From Candidatus Altiarchaeota archaeon (GTDB lineage: Archaea; Altiarchaeota; Altiarchaeia; IMC4; SCGC-AAA252-I15): DNA of 64,000 nt. Shown piece by piece: positions 58,763 to 64,000 of this stretch; within the stretch, counting starts at the first letter, position 1; every line of letters begins with the position of its first letter. The notes under the pieces are model-generated. The model was given only the letters and a program-made list of their open reading frames with translations, was not told the origin of the DNA and ran no database searches. The position numbers were made by a program, and so were the translations under genes. The stretch lies in assembly GCA_043800705.1 (NCBI GenBank), contig JAZDMS010000010.1:64001-128000 (forward strand). The letters are read 5' to 3'.

Positions 58763-59406
58763 TTCCTCCGCCCCATTATTTCTTTGATTATTTTTATGTC
58801 GTGTTTTTTCTGTTCCGGCGTTCCATGCCTGACAATGAAATCCAGGTGTTTTTCCCAGTCTCCGGAGAACAGTGCCTCGTTCACCAGCCTTATCCCCCCC
58901 TCCAGCGTGTTCGGATCCCCCCTGAAACATCTTATCCGTTCCTCATCTACTCTGAGGCCTTCCTTCTTAAGCAGATGCTCGACTGCCTCTTCGCGGGCCC
59001 CGTCGACCGTTTTCCGGGCGCGTCTGACACTCTCCGGACCTGCTGCGTAGAGCATGAAGTCCAAGGCCGCCAACGCGCCCTGATAGTAGGCCTCCTCAGC
59101 CAGCTCCTTCTTGCTCATAGTCCTAAGTATCTCCTTGGGGGGCTTGTCGCCGGGGTAGACCTCATTCCTAATGTAGTCCGCCAAATATTCCGCCTCCGGC
59201 CGGCATTCCAAGATTTTGCGCTCTTCCCTAGAGCGCGCCCTTATCTCATCCTCGCCTTCGAATCCGTCGGCCATGACGGAGGTGCAGCACTCGCATATGT
59301 GCTTTCCGGCCTTAAGCATGGATTCCGGGCATTCCATATCCTCTCCGCATATCGAGCATTGACTGGTTTTCATCTCCTCTACCTTAACATCTCGCATATC
59401 CGACAT
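58759..59406 (-). CDS. Hypothetical protein with N-terminal Zn-binding motif
   Basis: CSICG..C..HICECC; ATGA coupling to the next gene. Confidence 0.65.
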   Translation of the reverse strand: MSDMRDVKVEEMKTSQCSICGEDMECPESMLKAGKHICECCTSVMADGFEGEDEIRARSREERKILECRPEAEYLADYIRNEVYPGDKPPKEILRTMSKKELAEEAYYQGALAALDFMLYAAGPESVRRARKTVDGAREEAVEHLLKKEGLRVDEERIRCFRGDPNTLEGGIRLVNEALFSGDWEKHLDFIVRHGTPEQKKHDIKIIKEIMGRRK

Positions 59407-59879
59407 TTTTGGAATGTCCGCGCCGTCGGGGCGCAGAACCCCGCCCCTCTAACAAGCTGAATATACCCCCTATGCGTCATCTCCGCCTCGCCAACACCGA
59501 GCCCATGCAACCTGTTCCAGCATCTACGGCCGTATTCTTCGCTTCAAGATTTATCCTGCCGCATCTTGCGCATCTGTTGCCGAAATACCAGTTCACCCGG
59601 TGTTCGAGTTTAACCGGTTTCTTCACATTCTTCATGTTTTCGCCGGATTTTTTTTCAGGGGACTTTGTCCCAATCTGGACGCCACTAAATTGTTCCGCAT
59701 AGCGGAAATAGGCGGGCTGCGGAGGCCTCATCCAGCATATACTCCGCTATTCCCTGAGGGATCCGGCCCCTATCTGAAAAACCCGGCCACTAACTGAATA
59801 ATCTTGAGAGTTCGCTAAAATAAAAACTAATATCGCATGCCCACACCCTCTCAGGCGGCGCTTGTGGCATCGTTTCAAC

Positions 59880-60058
59880 GGAGAAATAACGACTTTGCTC
59901 CTCATCAGCCGCTGTCTAACGACAGACACCGTAGTGCCGACAACGCCCGACTGTCAAATAACTCAACATCATTCAAACCCGGCCACCGAACCAGGCCATA
60001 CAGGACCTCCCGCTCACGGGAAGTCAAATCCCCCGAACCCACAAAGACATAATTACAA
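59880..60058 (-). pseudogene. Truncated duplicate of the 5' end of the Lrp-like gene (contains direct repeat copy 2, 59972-60058)
   Basis: 87 bp identity, then degenerate similarity (SVVRQRL versus TVVRQRL). Confidence 0.8.
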
Positions 60059-60091
60059 GCACAGATATAAAAAAGAGACAAAAATACAAAA

Positions 60092-60769
60092 TTAGCCTTC
60101 TGAGGTTGTGTTAATGATCATTCGTTTGGCTGCGTTAAATAACGGGACAGTGTCGCAGATATCTAATCTGGAGCATAAATCGAGGTCATCAATCTGATTC
60201 AGTCTACTAAGACGTCTCGCGCCATCACCTCCGAGAATCCTTTCCCTCACACCGTCCCACTCAGGTCTTTCCCCCCTCAAAAGGCGCTTCAAATATTTAG
60301 CGCATTCCTCATCCTCGACAGCCTTCTTTTTACCTTCGTTCCCCAAGGCGACAAGAGACACATTATCTGGATTTTCAGCCTTAAGATGTTCGACTAATGC
60401 AGTGGCATTTGCAAAACTCCCAATCAGGATTCTGTCAGCATTCTTCGCGTTGACTAATCCCTGCGCCCCAGCAGATGATGTGAAGACTACACTTCTCCCG
60501 GTCAGAGTCAACTTAGATATGGAAGCCGGCGAATTATTGTAGTCGAAACCATCAGGAACCAAACCCATTCGCTCCCCCACAAGCAAATAATCTGGATTCG
60601 CCCTCTTCAAATCATGCGCCTCATCAAGGCCTCCTGCCACGATGATGGACTCAACTCCAACGCCGATACATGTGATAATGGTATTACTCGCCCTGAAGAC
60701 GTCTATGATGACTGCAGTACCCGTAGCGGCCCTGGCGCCTCTGAGGCAGCTTCTCACGGAAACTTCCAT
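60092..60769 (-). CDS. comB: 2-phosphosulfolactate phosphatase family
   Basis: VIIDVFRAS, GER, NSP, ED..CA. Confidence 0.88.
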   Translation of the reverse strand: MEVSVRSCLRGARAATGTAVIIDVFRASNTIITCIGVGVESIIVAGGLDEAHDLKRANPDYLLVGERMGLVPDGFDYNNSPASISKLTLTGRSVVFTSSAGAQGLVNAKNADRILIGSFANATALVEHLKAENPDNVSLVALGNEGKKKAVEDEECAKYLKRLLRGERPEWDGVRERILGGDGARRLSRLNQIDDLDLCSRLDICDTVPLFNAAKRMIINTTSEG

Positions 60770-60792
60770 GACATAAAATTATGATGCCTGTC

Positions 60793-61764
60793 CTATTTAT
60801 GTCTGCCGCTAAATTTTTCCTTGAGCTCTTTCCTTGTGTTCCTCAGTATAGTCTCCCCTTTTTTTGACTTCAGATTCGTCCCTAACAGGCATTCCCTTAA
60901 AAAAGTCTCTTTGGCCCGTTTGCCTATGTCTGGCGAATTAATGTATACTCCACCGACTATCTCATCGCTGTTGTCCCGGATATACATGAATACGTCTATC
61001 CCCTGGTGGCCCTCATGACAAACCATCTGTAGACCCGGCTGGGGATTGAGGTAGATTATGTCAAGATTCTTCGATCTCGCAAGGAACATGACATTGTCTA
61101 AGACCATCTCACACTCTTTGTAAGCCCAAACGGGGTCATGGTAACACCTGAGCGCATGGCGGTAGAGGTATTCAACGTCAAGCATAGTTATGTATGTCAC
61201 CTTAAGTTCCTTCTTCACGATACACCTGTCATAAATCGTCCTGAAGGGGCCTCCCCTATCAACGCTCTCTAGAAGCCGGGGGGTATAAAGGATGTTCGCG
61301 AATTTCCCCGCAGCATATACTGCGTTGGACCTTTTGGCGCAGAAACCGATTTTCTCGAAGAATGGCGTATGGTCCAGGTATTCGACAGTGGGTTTGAAGT
61401 AGTTAATCTTGGTCCTATTGAAATAATCCTCAAGGTCTCCTGTAAGCCTGTCAAAATCAGCCATGGTTTTCTTCAACTCCTCCTTCGAAGAGTGTAAAAT
61501 CCCACTTACTCCCTCAAAATCAACAACATAAGCCCCAAATCCGCTCTGCGTGATACAGCCCCCTCTCTTCAAGGATCTAAGGATATTAAACAGGTTCGGT
61601 TTCATTAGATACTTCCCAGTCAACTTCCGATATTCCCCCTGTATGGCCTTAGGGGAGGCCTGTATATTCTCGGATTGTAGGCGGAATATGCACTGCATGA
61701 TGTCGTACTGCTGCGGTGTCAGTCCGAGCCACTCAGGCACCCTAGCATCAAGAGAATCTTCCAT
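60793..61764 (-). CDS. wHTH/coiled-coil (TrmB-like architecture) regulator, paralog A
   Basis: WLGLTPQQYDI..KPNLFNIL..YIRD..IVGGVYINSP. Confidence 0.7.
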   Translation of the reverse strand: MEDSLDARVPEWLGLTPQQYDIMQCIFRLQSENIQASPKAIQGEYRKLTGKYLMKPNLFNILRSLKRGGCITQSGFGAYVVDFEGVSGILHSSKEELKKTMADFDRLTGDLEDYFNRTKINYFKPTVEYLDHTPFFEKIGFCAKRSNAVYAAGKFANILYTPRLLESVDRGGPFRTIYDRCIVKKELKVTYITMLDVEYLYRHALRCYHDPVWAYKECEMVLDNVMFLARSKNLDIIYLNPQPGLQMVCHEGHQGIDVFMYIRDNSDEIVGGVYINSPDIGKRAKETFLRECLLGTNLKSKKGETILRNTRKELKEKFSGRHK

Positions 61765-62710
61765 ATTTCCCCTTCAACTTCATCCTTACATTTCGTATTA
61801 TGTTCTCGCCCTTTTTGGTTTTAAGGTTTATACCGCTTTCACATTCCCTGAGGAACATCTCCTTGGCTCTTTTCCCAACGTCCGGGGAGCCTATGTGTAC
61901 TCCGCCGATGATATCCTCTCTGTTGTCTCTGATGTAAAGAAACACATCTATTGGCTGGATTTTCTCCGGGAGGACAAGATCTAAACCGAAAAGCCTTTCA
62001 GTATATACTATATCCACATTGTCCATTTTCCTAAGTTCGCACAGATTTTCTATCGTCTTCTGGCATTCGAGATATGCTAAACCGGGATTCTTGTATGTTT
62101 GTAAGGCCTGGTGATAGAGGTAATCTATGTCCAAGTTGGTAAGGTATTTGGCTTTTAGTCTTTTCTTGAAACAGCCGTCGTATATGGCTTTAACGTATTC
62201 CGCTCTTCCGATTCCGGCAAGCATTGTCGGGGTATATGAAATTTTTGCGAATTTTCCGACAACATAGTGGACCTTTGCGACCCTGACTAGTTGGGCAAGT
62301 TTATGGTAAAACTGGTCATATTCCAGATATTCGACAACTGGTTTAAACTGACTTACTTTTATCCTCGAAAAATACGCATCCACCTCGTCGACAACCTTCT
62401 CAAATTCAGAAATCTCCCTATATCTCTCCTCTTTTTTCTGCCTTAACGTCTTTTCTACAAAATCAAAATCGACCTCGTAGCATGCATACTCCGTTTGTTT
62501 AATGTGTCCCTTGTTTTTCAGTAATCTAAGAACGTTAAAGAGGTTCGGTTTCATAAGATGCTTCCCCCTAAGTTTTCTATACTCCTCTTGTATCGCCTTG
62601 GGTGCGGCAACTATTCCCCTCTCATGAATCTGATAAACGCATTGTAGAATATCGAATTGCTGGGGTGTAAGCCCTAATCCCTCTGAAACCATCTTTAAAT
62701 CAAATTCCAC
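61748..62710 (-). CDS. TrmB-like regulator, paralog B
   Basis: Aligns end to end with paralog A. Confidence 0.7.
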   Translation of the reverse strand: MEFDLKMVSEGLGLTPQQFDILQCVYQIHERGIVAAPKAIQEEYRKLRGKHLMKPNLFNVLRLLKNKGHIKQTEYACYEVDFDFVEKTLRQKKEERYREISEFEKVVDEVDAYFSRIKVSQFKPVVEYLEYDQFYHKLAQLVRVAKVHYVVGKFAKISYTPTMLAGIGRAEYVKAIYDGCFKKRLKAKYLTNLDIDYLYHQALQTYKNPGLAYLECQKTIENLCELRKMDNVDIVYTERLFGLDLVLPEKIQPIDVFLYIRDNREDIIGGVHIGSPDVGKRAKEMFLRECESGINLKTKKGENIIRNVRMKLKGKYGRFS

Positions 62711-62836
62711 CAGACCACCCTATACAATAGCGGGTAACCTAGATTAAAAAGAAACTGTAACGACTGTAATACTACAGTGTAATACTCTTCATTCAGGACA
62801 TTCGTCTGATTTCTTATGGTTGCCACCGATAATTTT

Positions 62837-63809
62837 TTACGTTTTCCGTTTTAGTTGTTGTCGAATCTTTTTATAGATTTTTCTCCCTGTGCTGTCGTTT
62901 TTTAGCAGTTGGGCATGTTTACAAACTTCATTAAACCTGTCGAGGGCATTCTTAGTTGCCTCCGGAGATCGAATGTATATTCCCCCAATATGTACCTGAT
63001 TCTCGTCACGAACGAAAATAAACATCTCTTCGGGTTCATCCTTTACTGGTATAATGACGTCCAAACCGAATGGATTACTGTAATAAAAAATATTTAGTAA
63101 TTCATTTTCAGAAATCTGTCTTTCAAGATTGTTGATTATTTTTTCACACTCAGTCTCAATCGTTTTTTTGTCATTAAACGTCAACCGTACATATTCCCAA
63201 AGGATATTTATTTATTGATAACGGGGAGAGATAAGTTATCCTCAACTCCTTTTTATTAAAGCACTGATTTTTTATGATGTCAAGGTACTCTCCTCTTTGT
63301 ATGCCTTTAGTTGAGACCTCTTCCGTATAAGAAATACCTGGAAAACCCGCCACTATGTAATACTCTCTAATCTCCTTCAACCTTGGGTTAACCATGTCCC
63401 AGAAAGCTTTCCTGTCACGGATATACTCAACATATGGCTTAGTATTTTTAATGGAACCTTTTTGGAAGAATTCCTCTATCTTAGATGATATTCCCTCAAA
63501 ATTCTTCATTTCGATTTCAAAATCCTTTTTTCTGGATTGGATTATTTCCCTTATTGCACTCATATTGACTATGTATGTGCCCTTTCCAAGTTTGCTTACT
63601 ATCTGCAGTTCGACCAATGTTTTAAGTATCCCGAATAAATTGGGTGGTTTGATCCTTTTTCCGTATCTTTTAGAATATTCCTCTAATACCGCCTTCGGTT
63701 TAGTCTCTTTTCCCCTTATTTCTAGCTCATGCAAAGAAATCAAAATCTCAAACTCTTGAATAGTTATCCCCAACCATCTATTGAACCTTTCAAAATCATC
63801 TGGTTCCAT
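62837..63809 (-). pseudogene. TrmB-like regulator, paralog C, +1 frameshift near 63197
   Basis: N half PPNLFGIL and C half FVRDENQVHIGGIYIRSP lie in different frames. Confidence 0.7.
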
Positions 63810-64000
63810 AATATACTAAGTATAATAGATACTATATCCTGATATACATATATTTATACTAATGTTGATAGATTTATTATATGTCTCTTTCAGGTAGATC
63901 GTTAATCTCTCCCCTTGATTGCGGGAGTAATTACTTCTTAAAACTTTCTGAAAGAAGTAATACCTTGACTATTCCAGGCTCTATCATTAAACAGAATGCT

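Noticed and set aside
58763-58930. N-terminal extension of the SEC-C protein ORF
   Set aside because: Overlaps the upstream gene; ATG at 58762 gives standard ATGA coupling
1-64000. tRNA, rRNA, group II intron or reverse transcriptase
   Set aside because: None recognised by eye; a covariance-model scan was not possible, so small RNAs could be missed

Overview
Archaeal chromosomal DNA. Markers are gatE, priS, aIF2-beta, egsA, GGGP synthase, AglB/STT3, Nob1 and EndoQ; the CGC lipobox and Thr-rich surface proteins suggest Altiarchaeota/DPANN, which is inference only. The backbone holds a type IV pilus/Tad locus, NAD/His/lipid genes, an N-glycosylation cluster, toxin-antitoxin genes and regulators. 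The main signal is at 6.5-12.4 kb: an AT-rich integron-like array of four gene cassettes with four branched attC-like sites and a candidate attI, and no integrase in the window. Each cassette ORF is bracketed by its own 13-16 bp inverted repeat. Two different IS110/IS1111-type elements sit in or next to attC sites, and one carries a readable bridge/seekRNA whose guides match the attC target and the IS circle junction. Also notable: six tandem VirB2/TrbC-like pilins with paired terminal cysteines next to aglB, an 87-bp direct repeat flanking a 4-kb accessory block, three tandem paralogous HTH regulators, and three +1 homopolymer frameshifts that may be sequencing errors. All coordinates were counted by hand and family calls come from motif recognition, not database searches.
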